Shown here piece after piece: positions 9,340 to 17,755 of a stretch of DNA of 64,000 nt. Made by a program: the position numbers and the translations under genes. Each line of letters opens with the position of its first letter. Position 1 is the stretch's first letter. The stretch is taken from assembly GCA_964576615.1 (NCBI GenBank), contig CAZNUU010000001.1, positions 31,309 through 95,308 on the forward strand. Reading direction: 5' to 3'. The notes beneath the pieces were generated by a model. That model was not told where the DNA came from. It searched no databases and saw only the letters and a program-made list of their open reading frames with translations. This DNA is from an uncultured Candidatus Saccharibacteria bacterium (GTDB lineage: Bacteria; Patescibacteriota; Minisyncoccia; Phycocordibacterales; DATDWN01).

Positions 9340-9903
9340 TTAAAGTACATATATGAAGAGTCTATTTCCTATCGGATCTTTGGTGCTGAGGCCTAGGTCA
9401 ATTATTTTTTGGGCTGTCATAGATTTTATTTCAAAGTCGCATGAGGCTATTATAGTTTCAGGTCTAAATTTCTCTCTTGATTTTGATAAAAGTCTGTTTA
9501 CTACCTCAGGATATAGAAATAGAAAGATATGAGTTGCATCCCTGAAATCGGTCTTAAAGAAATTTTCTCTGCGAATCTCAATGTTAGGATGTTTCCTAGT
9601 TTTAAATTTCGCTAACCAATAGGGAACTAAAGCAATCTCAATCCCAACCATCTTAACTTCTGGAAATTGTTTGGATGCGGCTAGTAAAACACGACCATCT
9701 CCGCAACCCAGATCGTAAAGCACGCTAGATTTTTTTAGATCCATGTTCTCGACGATTCGTTCCAGAGCGAAATCTGGCACAGGCACAAATGGCGCATCAG
9801 CTGAAAATGCAGCTATGAATTGAGAAATAACAAACAAAACAAAAACTATAGAAAAGAGTACGAATATTAATATGCTGACCAAAAAAAAGAATAAAACCAT
9901 TGG
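9340..9903 (-). CDS. Class I SAM-dependent methyltransferase
   Basis: Motif I VLYDLGCGDGRVLL. N-terminal TM helix. Start taken at the internal Met at 9903 to avoid overlap with the divergent gene. Confidence 0.55.
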   Translation of the reverse strand, partial: PMVLFFFLVSILIFVLFSIVFVLFVISQFIAAFSADAPFVPVPDFALERIVENMDLKKSSVLYDLGCGDGRVLLAASKQFPEVKMVGIEIALVPYWLAKFKTRKHPNIEIRRENFFKTDFRDATHIFLFLYPEVVNRLLSKSREKFRPETIIASCDFEIKSMTAQKIIDLGLSTKDPIGNRLFIYVL

Positions 9904-9925
9904 TAATTTATGATAACATGCAATC

Positions 9926-10606
9926 ATGTCACAGGAGATGGAGTGGGATAGGGAATATAAAAAATCACAGCTTCTAACTAAGGAGAATAAACCGCAAAAT
10001 GATGTGGTTAGGTTTACGGATTTTCTGGAGGAAAATGGGCTAAAGATGGATGGACTCAAGATCTTGGATATTGGTTCTGGTACGGGCCGAAACAGCCTCT
10101 ATTTTGCTCAAAGAGGAGCCAAAGTTTTTGGCATAGAGTTATCTAGAAATGCTTTGGAAATAGCAGAGAAAAATACAAAGGATGCAGGTCTTGAAATCGA
10201 ATATATGAAAGGTAATATCGGGTGGGCTTTTCCATTTGAAGATAACTCGTTTGATATTTTACTGGATGTTACATCATCTAATTCTCTTTCCGAATCCGAA
10301 AGAAATATTTATCTCATCGAGTCTAAACGAGTTTTGAAAGAAGGTGGGTATTTTTTTGTAAAAGCATTGTGTAAAGATGGTGATAAAAATGCGAAGACTT
10401 TACTTAAAGATTCCCCAGGCAAAGAAAAAGATACTTATGTATTACCTGGTCTTAATGTAACGGAAAGAGTTTGGTCCAAAAATGACTTTGTCACAACTTA
10501 CGAAAAATATTTTACAATTTTACATCTAGAAAAGAAAACAAGTTATCCAAGAATGAATGGTCGCTCGTACAAACGAAACTGGTGGATTTGCTATATGAAA
10601 AAGTAA
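9926..10606 (+). CDS. Class I SAM-dependent methyltransferase
   Basis: Motif I ILDIGSGTGRNSLYFA and motif II VFGIELS. 226 aa. Confidence 0.6.
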   Translation: MSQEMEWDREYKKSQLLTKENKPQNDVVRFTDFLEENGLKMDGLKILDIGSGTGRNSLYFAQRGAKVFGIELSRNALEIAEKNTKDAGLEIEYMKGNIGWAFPFEDNSFDILLDVTSSNSLSESERNIYLIESKRVLKEGGYFFVKALCKDGDKNAKTLLKDSPGKEKDTYVLPGLNVTERVWSKNDFVTTYEKYFTILHLEKKTSYPRMNGRSYKRNWWICYMKK

Positions 10607-10653
10607 GACATAAAACTAAGCCCCCGGACCACTATGGATCCGGGGGTTGGTAC

Positions 10654-11922
10654 TCACTTTCCCAAGGTGATTACTGTGCGCGCTCTTTGAGGGGTCATTT
10701 GATCGACGAGATTTGTCAGTTCCTCGTGGGGTATCGTGTCCACGTAGTTCAGATACATCTCGGCGGCAATTGTTTCCCCCGCAAGAACTATTTCAGAGAT
10801 GGCTACGGCCACGCTTCTGGTTGGGCTGGGGATCTGCATGTCGAGGTTGTTGCGCATGCCTGCTCTTACAGTGGCCCACCATTCCCTGGACCTGATTTGG
10901 GGGTCACTTCTTAGCATTTCCAGCAGGGCATTCTCGACCGCAGGGATTTTCTCAGAACTGGTATTGACCTCAAACCCAATGAAACCACCGTCGAGGGAGT
11001 GGAACCTTTCTTGGCTAGCGGTATATGCCAACTGCTTGTTCTCACGTACAGCGCGGTATAGAGGTGAGCCAAGCCCCCCAAACGTGAAGATCTGACCCAG
11101 CAAACCGTACCTCACTAAGTCGGTCCAACTTTTGAGAGCTGGGATCGGGAATACGACTGAGACCTGAGACGGCTCGAAGGAAGATTGAGCAACGAACCTC
11201 TTCTCCTTTGGCCAAGTCAGTTCACCATAAGATGGAGAACTCCTTCTTGGGGTTAGGCTGTTGGAAGGAAGTGACGCCAGAGGCTCGCTTAGAACCTGCA
11301 TGACTTCGTCTCTCTCCAAAGAGGTTGAGACCACGAAGATCATCCTGGATCTGTCATAACCTTTCATCCAGGCATTTCTAAGCACGTCCGGTGTCATCGA
11401 ATCAAGTGAGCTTGTTGTGCCAAGGGTACGATTCCCCAGCACATGCTCAGGAAACAATGATTCCCAGAGGTTGTACGAGTGACACCTCTCCAGACTTCCA
11501 AGAGCTCGCTTGATTTCCTGACCGATGATGTCTCTTTCGGCGACGATACCCTCGTCTGTGAGGAGCGGGCGAGCAACCAAATCAGTTACCAACCTTACTG
11601 CGGTTGGCAAAAATTTGTCGGGGATAGTAGCCCAGAAATTGGTACGAAGGGCGCTTGTGTTCGCGCCTGATTCGCCGCCAAATCTGGCTATTGTACCCTT
11701 TGTGTCAGTGTACCCATTCGGGAAGTTCACTGTTCCCCGGAATGGTGCGTGCTCGAACCAGTGGTAGAGACCTGGCTCTCCGCATGATGTGTCGTCGGCT
11801 GCTCCGACGAGGACTGTGAGTGAAATCCCAGTGCACTTTATGACCGACGGTAGCCGCTCATAAAATATGGGAATGCCATGTGGGCCAACTACTCTTTCAA
11901 ATTCAGTCATCCAAACCTCCAA
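10654..11922 (-). CDS. M16-family zinc metallopeptidase (pitrilysin/insulinase-like). GC-rich cassette.
   Basis: Inverted zinc-binding motif HxxEH (YHWFEHAPFRGT) near the N-terminus. 422 aa. GGAGG 6 nt upstream of the ATG. Hairpin at 10624-10650 followed by a T-tract on the minus strand. Confidence 0.7.
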   Translation of the reverse strand: MEVWMTEFERVVGPHGIPIFYERLPSVIKCTGISLTVLVGAADDTSCGEPGLYHWFEHAPFRGTVNFPNGYTDTKGTIARFGGESGANTSALRTNFWATIPDKFLPTAVRLVTDLVARPLLTDEGIVAERDIIGQEIKRALGSLERCHSYNLWESLFPEHVLGNRTLGTTSSLDSMTPDVLRNAWMKGYDRSRMIFVVSTSLERDEVMQVLSEPLASLPSNSLTPRRSSPSYGELTWPKEKRFVAQSSFEPSQVSVVFPIPALKSWTDLVRYGLLGQIFTFGGLGSPLYRAVRENKQLAYTASQERFHSLDGGFIGFEVNTSSEKIPAVENALLEMLRSDPQIRSREWWATVRAGMRNNLDMQIPSPTRSVAVAISEIVLAGETIAAEMYLNYVDTIPHEELTNLVDQMTPQRARTVITLGK

Positions 11923-12025
11923 AGTTTTGGTGGTGCTGTCTTTTCATACTATAATACGCAATTTTAAGTTAGTCAAATTTGACATATATTGACTTTATTA
12001 TCTTTTTCTGTATTATAAATTAATC

Positions 12026-12157
12026 ATGAAAAACATGATTAATTATCTAAATACTCATGGAAACGGCCGAAAGTGGCTTTGCACTTTTGCTGTCTCACTA
12101 AATCAGACTGCTTCTCCATTTGCAGGAGAAAGATCGCGCAGTGTTTTAATTGTTTGA
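12026..12157 (+). CDS. Candidate 43-aa small ORF (MKNMINYLNTHGNGRKWLCTFAVSLNQTASPFAGERSRSVLIV) in AT-rich spacer. Speculative.
   Basis: A sigma70-like promoter (TTGACT, 16 nt, TATTAT) lies just upstream, so the transcript would be near-leaderless. A palindrome AATCATGaaaaaCATGATT overlaps the start. A strong terminator follows at 12181-12210. No homology recognised. Confidence 0.2.
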   Translation: MKNMINYLNTHGNGRKWLCTFAVSLNQTASPFAGERSRSVLIV

Positions 12158-12180
12158 ATAAGTGACATATTTGAACGCTT

Positions 12181-12210
12181 AAAATGCCGCGTGAATCGCG
12201 GCATTTTTAG
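12181..12210 (+). terminator. Rho-independent terminator between the small ORF and the ABC gene
   Basis: aaaatgccgcg-tgaat-cgcggcatttttag: an 11-bp GC-rich stem followed by a T-tract. Confidence 0.65.
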
Positions 12211-12257
12211 TTCTTTTGTGTTCTTTCACATTCACAAATTCAGAATAGGAGGCGCTC

Positions 12258-14030
12258 TTGGAGAGAGAAAAGAAAAATCCACTCTCTTACCTTTTCGGTA
12301 AGACGTGGAAGTACTCACGGGGCAATCGCAGGAATGTAATTCTGTACATACTCATGCTCATCGCGAGCGAGTGTGTAAACACGTTCTGGTCGCCAGTAGT
12401 TATGGCCAATATCATGAACGTTGTGACGCGTGAGGGTGTAAGGAGGGAGAATTTATCAAAACTTCTTTTCCTGCTCTCACTTCTCATCGTAAGAACAGTC
12501 CTGTCCTGGGGGTTTCATGGCCCAGCTCGAGTAATCGAGCAGCTGAACGCCTTCAGGTCTAGAAGAAACTATTGGCAGTATCTTCTGGAAGGGGTGATGA
12601 ACTTGCCACTTGAGTGGCACACTGAGCATCACTCTGGGGACACCATCGACAAGATGAACAAAGGTACTGGTGCACTCTTTGATTTCTCAGGCGATTCGTT
12701 TGAGATAATCAAGCCTCTTGTTCTCCTTGTCGGCTCGCTTAGCATGATTGTCTACTTTAGCCCGATCTCGGTTGTCATTGTCGCAGTGATGATGGCACTT
12801 GGGGCTTGGGTTACGGTGGCTTTTGATGCAACGCTTGGTCCACAATACAGGCAGCTCAATCGTTTCGACAACAAGATTTCTGAACGCATTTTTGACACGG
12901 TCAGTAATATTTCGACTGTGATAATCTTGCGCGTAGAAAAACTTGTTTTTGAAACAATCATGAGAAAGGTTGATGAACCGTTCGATCTGTTCAAGCGAAA
13001 TGCAATCTTGAACGAATGGAAGTGGTTCTGGACCAGTGTCTGCGCAAATCTCATGGTGGTCTTCGTTCTCGGGTTTTATCTCTACCAGCATCTCGGTACT
13101 TCTGCCGGTGTTCTGGTCGGGAACGTCTATCTTCTCTTGAATTATCTCAACAAAGTTGGGGAACTGTTCTATCAGTTCACCTCACTTTATGGTGGGACGA
13201 TCAGAAGAAAGTATCGTGTCATGAATGCTGAAGAACTCTCGAAAGAGTTTCAGCCTTCTACGTTCGCAAACCACGTATTGCCAAAAGTGTGGAGTGAACT
13301 CTCGATCCGAAACCTCAACTTCTCCTACGGAGGAGGTGAGGGTGATCCACATCTGGATGATGTTTCAACACGGATCCAGCATGGGGAACACATTGCCATC
13401 GTCGGTGGCAGCGGTAGTAGCAAGACGACATTTCTCATGCTAATGAGAGATCTCTATCATCCGCAGAGTCTTACACTCTCTGTTGATAGCGTGGAAATTC
13501 CACATGGGTTCGAAGGTATAAGCAGAGCAATTTCGCTTGTGCCACAGGATCCTGAGATTCTGGCTACGACTATACGAGAGAACATCACGCTCGGCGCCGA
13601 GTACGACGAGAGGTTGGTTCGACACTACACAGACATGGCTTGCTTTACGGATGTGGTCGATAGTTTACCAAAAGGGTTCGACTCATCTGTAAAAGAAAAG
13701 GGGGTCAATCTCTCAGGTGGTCAGGTTCAACGTCTGGCTCTCTCGAGAGGACTCCTGGCTTGTCACGGCAAGGACATTGTCCTTCTCGATGAGCCGACCT
13801 CAAGTCTCGATGTGGTAACTGAGATTACAGTTTACCGGAACATTCTCGTAGCGTTCCGAAACAAAACCGTAATCTCAACGGTGCACAGACTTCAACTTCT
13901 CCCGCTTTTCGATCGTGTTTGCATGTTCGAGAAGGGGAGGATCGTTGGGTCTGGAACTGTTCAGGAACTCTTACTGAGTTGCCCGCAGTTCGAGGCTCTC
14001 TGGAATAGGCAGTTTGTTGATCCAGTGTGA
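12258..14030 (+). CDS. ABC exporter, fused TMD-NBD half-transporter with non-canonical Walker A. GC-rich cassette.
   Basis: Six-TM N-terminal domain. Walker A reads VGGSGSSKTT, with Ser where the conserved Gly of GxxxxGK[ST] sits. Signature LSGGQVQRLALSRGLL. Walker B VLLDEPTSSLD. H-loop TVHRL. AGGAGG sits 6 nt upstream of the TTG start at 12258. Terminator hairpin at 14033-14060. Confidence 0.8.
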   Translation: MEREKKNPLSYLFGKTWKYSRGNRRNVILYILMLIASECVNTFWSPVVMANIMNVVTREGVRRENLSKLLFLLSLLIVRTVLSWGFHGPARVIEQLNAFRSRRNYWQYLLEGVMNLPLEWHTEHHSGDTIDKMNKGTGALFDFSGDSFEIIKPLVLLVGSLSMIVYFSPISVVIVAVMMALGAWVTVAFDATLGPQYRQLNRFDNKISERIFDTVSNISTVIILRVEKLVFETIMRKVDEPFDLFKRNAILNEWKWFWTSVCANLMVVFVLGFYLYQHLGTSAGVLVGNVYLLLNYLNKVGELFYQFTSLYGGTIRRKYRVMNAEELSKEFQPSTFANHVLPKVWSELSIRNLNFSYGGGEGDPHLDDVSTRIQHGEHIAIVGGSGSSKTTFLMLMRDLYHPQSLTLSVDSVEIPHGFEGISRAISLVPQDPEILATTIRENITLGAEYDERLVRHYTDMACFTDVVDSLPKGFDSSVKEKGVNLSGGQVQRLALSRGLLACHGKDIVLLDEPTSSLDVVTEITVYRNILVAFRNKTVISTVHRLQLLPLFDRVCMFEKGRIVGSGTVQELLLSCPQFEALWNRQFVDPV

Positions 14031-14078
14031 ATGTCCGCCCCGCGCCAAAATGGCGCGGGGCAAACTTTAGGAGGAGTT

Positions 14079-14654
14079 ATGGCTGAAAAAGTTGTGTTTC
14101 TCTCGGGCAGGAAAACAAACCTACGTCCCGTGAGTCGTGCAGATATCCCTACACTACTCCGCTGGGTCAATGACCCAGAAGTGCGGGACTTTGTTCTCGG
14201 GACCTTTCCGTGGACGGAGAAGATGGAAGAAGACTGGTTCGACAAACTGGGCAAGGATGAGAGCAAGGTGACTCTGGTGATCGAGACCAAGGAGGGCAAA
14301 GCCATTGGAACGATGGGGATTCACAACATAAACTGGGTCAGCCGCACAGGCACGACTGGGGCGATGATCGGGGAAAAGGATTGTTGGGGGCAGGGTTATG
14401 GCACCGACGCCAAGCTCGTTCTCCTGCAATACGCCTTTGATACCTTGAATCTCTTCCGGATTCGCTCGGACGTGATTGGGTTCAACGATCGTAGCGTGAG
14501 GTACAGTCTGCGCTGCGGTTACAAGGTGGAGGGCACTCGGCCAAAGGATATCTTCAAGAGAGGACAATATTGGGATCGAATCGAACTCGGAGTTTTCCGG
14601 GAAGACTGGTTCCCAATTTGGGAAAAGTATCAGCAAACCGGCAAGGTCCGGTGA
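14079..14654 (+). CDS. GNAT N-acetyltransferase (RimJ/RimL-like). GC-rich cassette.
   Basis: RimL-like layout: WVNDPEVRDF..., acetyl-CoA motif region GQGYGTDA, and YAFDTLNLFRIRSDVIGFNDRSVRYSLRCGYKVEG. AGGAGG 6 nt upstream of the ATG at 14079. Terminator gggctcgc-gaaa-gcgagccc plus TTTCTTT at 14661-14690. Confidence 0.7.
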   Translation: MAEKVVFLSGRKTNLRPVSRADIPTLLRWVNDPEVRDFVLGTFPWTEKMEEDWFDKLGKDESKVTLVIETKEGKAIGTMGIHNINWVSRTGTTGAMIGEKDCWGQGYGTDAKLVLLQYAFDTLNLFRIRSDVIGFNDRSVRYSLRCGYKVEGTRPKDIFKRGQYWDRIELGVFREDWFPIWEKYQQTGKVR

Positions 14655-14716
14655 TTATGAGGGCTCGCGAAAGCGAGCCCTTTCTTTATGAGGATTTATG
14701 TTAAAATTTAAATCTT

Positions 14717-16498
14717 ATGGAAACTATTAGGGAGAAACATACAAATGTTTCAGTTGGACAAATAATTGAAAAATTTTGGCAGAGCACTGGAAGGTATAAG
14801 CCTTGGTTTCTCGTTGCTTTTATCTTCTTTCTACTTGCTCAAGTTGCCACTGTTATAGTACCTATATTTTATAAAAGTTTTTTTGATATTCTCGGAAGTC
14901 ATCCAGACAAAACAGAAGCAGTGAAGAGTTTGATGAGAATAATAGAAATTGTTCTCATTCTGCGACTTACCAACTGGCTTTCCTGGAGAATTGCAATAAA
15001 TATTTATCAAAATATGCAAGCTAGGGTTATGGCTCTTATCAAACAAACTTCTTTTGATTATCTAACGAGCCACTCTTATAGTTTTTTTGCAAATACATTT
15101 GGCGGTAGTCTAGTCCAAAGATTGAATCGTTTCAGTAGAGCGTTTGAAGCGATAACCGACAACATAACTTTTAGTTTACTTCCATTGTTTGTAACAATCA
15201 TTGGTTCAATGATTGCAGTCTATAGGTTTGCACCACTACTCTCTGGGGTATTGGCAATCTGGATAGTAGCATTTGGAGTTTTTAGCGTGTCGTTTTCTCG
15301 TTGGAAGATGAAATATGATTTAATTTCCTCTGAGGCTGATTCGGTAACTACTGGTTATCTTGCAGATGTCATTACTAATAATTCGTCAGTCTCTTTCTTC
15401 ACTGGGCATGAATATGAATCGATCGGATTCAGAGAAGTAACAGATGATCAGACCAAGAAGACATTATATTCATGGAAACTTGGTGATATAACTGATGCAG
15501 TTCAAATGTTCTTACTCATCCTAGTAGAGTTTTTTATCTTTTATTACGCAATTAAATTTTGGTCACAAGGTCTCATAACAGTTGGTACCTTTGTCTTGGT
15601 CCAGACGTATATTATTTCATTGTCGGGTCAGCTCTGGGGTTTGGGTAAAATTGTTAGAAATTTATACCAAAACATAGCCGAATCTAAGGAAATGGTTGAA
15701 ATCCTAGATACGCCGCATGAAATTAGGGATTTACCAGGAGCCAAACCTATTAAAATAGAAAGTGGCCAAATAGAATTCGATAATGTCACTTTTGGTTTTT
15801 CTAAAGACAGCAAGATAATAAATGATTTTAATCTTAAAATTAAGGGTGGAGAAAAAGTGGCGATTGTCGGTCCAAGTGGTTCAGGCAAGACTACTCTCGT
15901 CAGGCTAATTATGCGAGTTTATGATGTAGGCAAAGGTGCGGTAAAGATTGATGGCCAAAATATTAAAGATATTACTCAAAGTAGTTTGCGTGAAAGTATT
16001 AGTTTTGTGCCACAGGATCCGGTGTTATTTCACAGGACGTTAATGGATAATATCCGATACGGTAGGCGACACGCCACCGACCAAGATGTTATTGCAGCTG
16101 CAAAATTAGCCCATTGTGATGAATTTATCGATAAACTCCCCTTAGGTTACCAGACATATGTGGGGGAAAGAGGAATAAAGTTATCAGGAGGTGAGCGTCA
16201 AAGAGTGGCAATTGCAAGAGCAATATTAAAACACGCACCCATACTAATATTTGATGAAGCTACATCTAGTTTGGATTCGTATTCTGAGCATTTGATTCAG
16301 GATGCATTGGAGAATCTTATGAAAAATTGTACTACCATAGTTATAGCGCACAGATTATCAACTATAAAAAAGATGGACAGAATTATTTCAATGAGGGAAG
16401 GTCAGATCGTCGAGGAAGGTACACACGATGAGCTTACAAGTAAGGAATCTGGTCTCTATAAGAAACTTTGGGATCTACAAAGTGGTGGGTTTTTGTAA
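14717..16498 (+). CDS. ABC exporter, fused TMD-NBD half-transporter with canonical motifs (AT-rich, backbone-like)
   Basis: Walker A GPSGSGKTT. Signature LSGGERQRVAIARA. Walker B ILIFDEATSSLD. H-loop IAHRLSTI. No SD. Confidence 0.85.
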   Translation: METIREKHTNVSVGQIIEKFWQSTGRYKPWFLVAFIFFLLAQVATVIVPIFYKSFFDILGSHPDKTEAVKSLMRIIEIVLILRLTNWLSWRIAINIYQNMQARVMALIKQTSFDYLTSHSYSFFANTFGGSLVQRLNRFSRAFEAITDNITFSLLPLFVTIIGSMIAVYRFAPLLSGVLAIWIVAFGVFSVSFSRWKMKYDLISSEADSVTTGYLADVITNNSSVSFFTGHEYESIGFREVTDDQTKKTLYSWKLGDITDAVQMFLLILVEFFIFYYAIKFWSQGLITVGTFVLVQTYIISLSGQLWGLGKIVRNLYQNIAESKEMVEILDTPHEIRDLPGAKPIKIESGQIEFDNVTFGFSKDSKIINDFNLKIKGGEKVAIVGPSGSGKTTLVRLIMRVYDVGKGAVKIDGQNIKDITQSSLRESISFVPQDPVLFHRTLMDNIRYGRRHATDQDVIAAAKLAHCDEFIDKLPLGYQTYVGERGIKLSGGERQRVAIARAILKHAPILIFDEATSSLDSYSEHLIQDALENLMKNCTTIVIAHRLSTIKKMDRIISMREGQIVEEGTHDELTSKESGLYKKLWDLQSGGFL

Positions 16499-16525
16499 AA
16501 ATAGCTAATTTGATAGTATAGATCT

Positions 16526-17476
16526 ATGAAGAAATCACTACTTTCGGGAGTTCAGCCTTCGGGACGACTACATATTGGAAACTATTTTGGAGCACTAAAG
16601 CAGTTCGTTGACATGCAGAACGATTACAATGCTATCTATATGATTGTGGATTACCATGCCCTCAATTCCGTTCAAGATAAAAAAACAATGTCGGATAATA
16701 TTTTGGGTGTGGCGATGGATTATCTAGCGATCGGTCTTGATCCCCAGAAATCAATAATTTTTAAACAATCTGATGTTTCCGAGCACACCGAACTTTGTTG
16801 GATCTTTGACACTATCACCAGTATGTCCTTTTTGGAAAGAGCTCATGCTTACAAGGACGCCGTGGCCAACAATCGGGAGGCAACCGTCGGACTTTTTAAT
16901 TACCCAATGTTAATGGCGGCAGATATTTTACTTTACGATATTGATGTAGTACCAGTTGGGCAGGACCAAAAACAACATATTGAGTACACGAGGGACACTG
17001 CTCAGAAGTTCAATAACGTTTTCAAAAAGGAAGTTTTCAAATTACCCGATGCAAAGATAATGCCAGAAGTAGCAGTTGTGCCAGGAACAGATGGCAGAAA
17101 AATGTCCAAGAGCTATGGCAACACCATTCCGCTTTTTGCGACAGATGATGAAATAGAAAAAGCTGTGATGTCTATTGTCACGGACTCGAGTGGTGATAGA
17201 CCCGAGAATGTTTACGCAATACATAGACTTTTGAAATCAGAAGAGGAACTCTCATCCTTGTACGAAGAAAATAATGGCAAGTATAAAGTTCTAAAAGAAT
17301 CACTTATTGAAGATTTGAAAAAATTTATCGGACCAATGAGGGAAAAAAGAGAACAATTGGCTGCAGATCCAGATTTTGTACTAGATGTCTTACGTGAGGG
17401 TGGCAAGCGAGCGAAAGTTAAAGCTGAAAAGAAAATGGAGGATGTGAGAGATGCAGTTGGGGTTAAGTTGTACTAA
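16526..17476 (+). CDS. trpS: Tryptophanyl-tRNA synthetase
   Basis: Class I HIGH-type motif (PSGRLHIGNYFGA) and KMSKS (GRKMSKSYGNTIPL). 316 aa, the right length for TrpRS. Confidence 0.75.
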   Translation: MKKSLLSGVQPSGRLHIGNYFGALKQFVDMQNDYNAIYMIVDYHALNSVQDKKTMSDNILGVAMDYLAIGLDPQKSIIFKQSDVSEHTELCWIFDTITSMSFLERAHAYKDAVANNREATVGLFNYPMLMAADILLYDIDVVPVGQDQKQHIEYTRDTAQKFNNVFKKEVFKLPDAKIMPEVAVVPGTDGRKMSKSYGNTIPLFATDDEIEKAVMSIVTDSSGDRPENVYAIHRLLKSEEELSSLYEENNGKYKVLKESLIEDLKKFIGPMREKREQLAADPDFVLDVLREGGKRAKVKAEKKMEDVRDAVGVKLY

Positions 17477-17479
17477 GTG

Positions 17480-17727
17480 TTGGGTTCCTGTATTATAGAG
17501 ATACCTAAGATCCGGATGACACCGGTGAGGTAAGGGAAGAAAGCCCTAAAGCCTGATGGCTCGGGTAAATAGAACCCTCGGACTGCGACGTCGCAGATAA
17601 AAGAGACCCTAAAACATGATAATGTTCGGGTAAACAGGGTGGCACCGCGCTTAGTCGTTGCGAAGCAATTAGACACAAAGTCGCCCCTGCGAATTTATTA
17701 AATTAATGAATTCGGAGGGGCGTTTTT
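17480..17727 (+). promoter_or_regulatory. T-box riboswitch-like leader with intrinsic terminator
   Basis: AGAGA (GA/K-turn-like) motif near the 5' end of a Stem-I-like helix (gggttcc...gaaccc). T-box consensus AAACAGGGTGGCACCGCG at 17632-17649. Terminator CGCCCCTGCGAATT/AATTCGGAGGGGCG plus TTTTTGTTT at 17682-17730, directly upstream of the aaRS gene. Confidence 0.55.
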
Positions 17728-17755
17728 GTTTAAAAAACTCTTCGAAAAAATAAAT

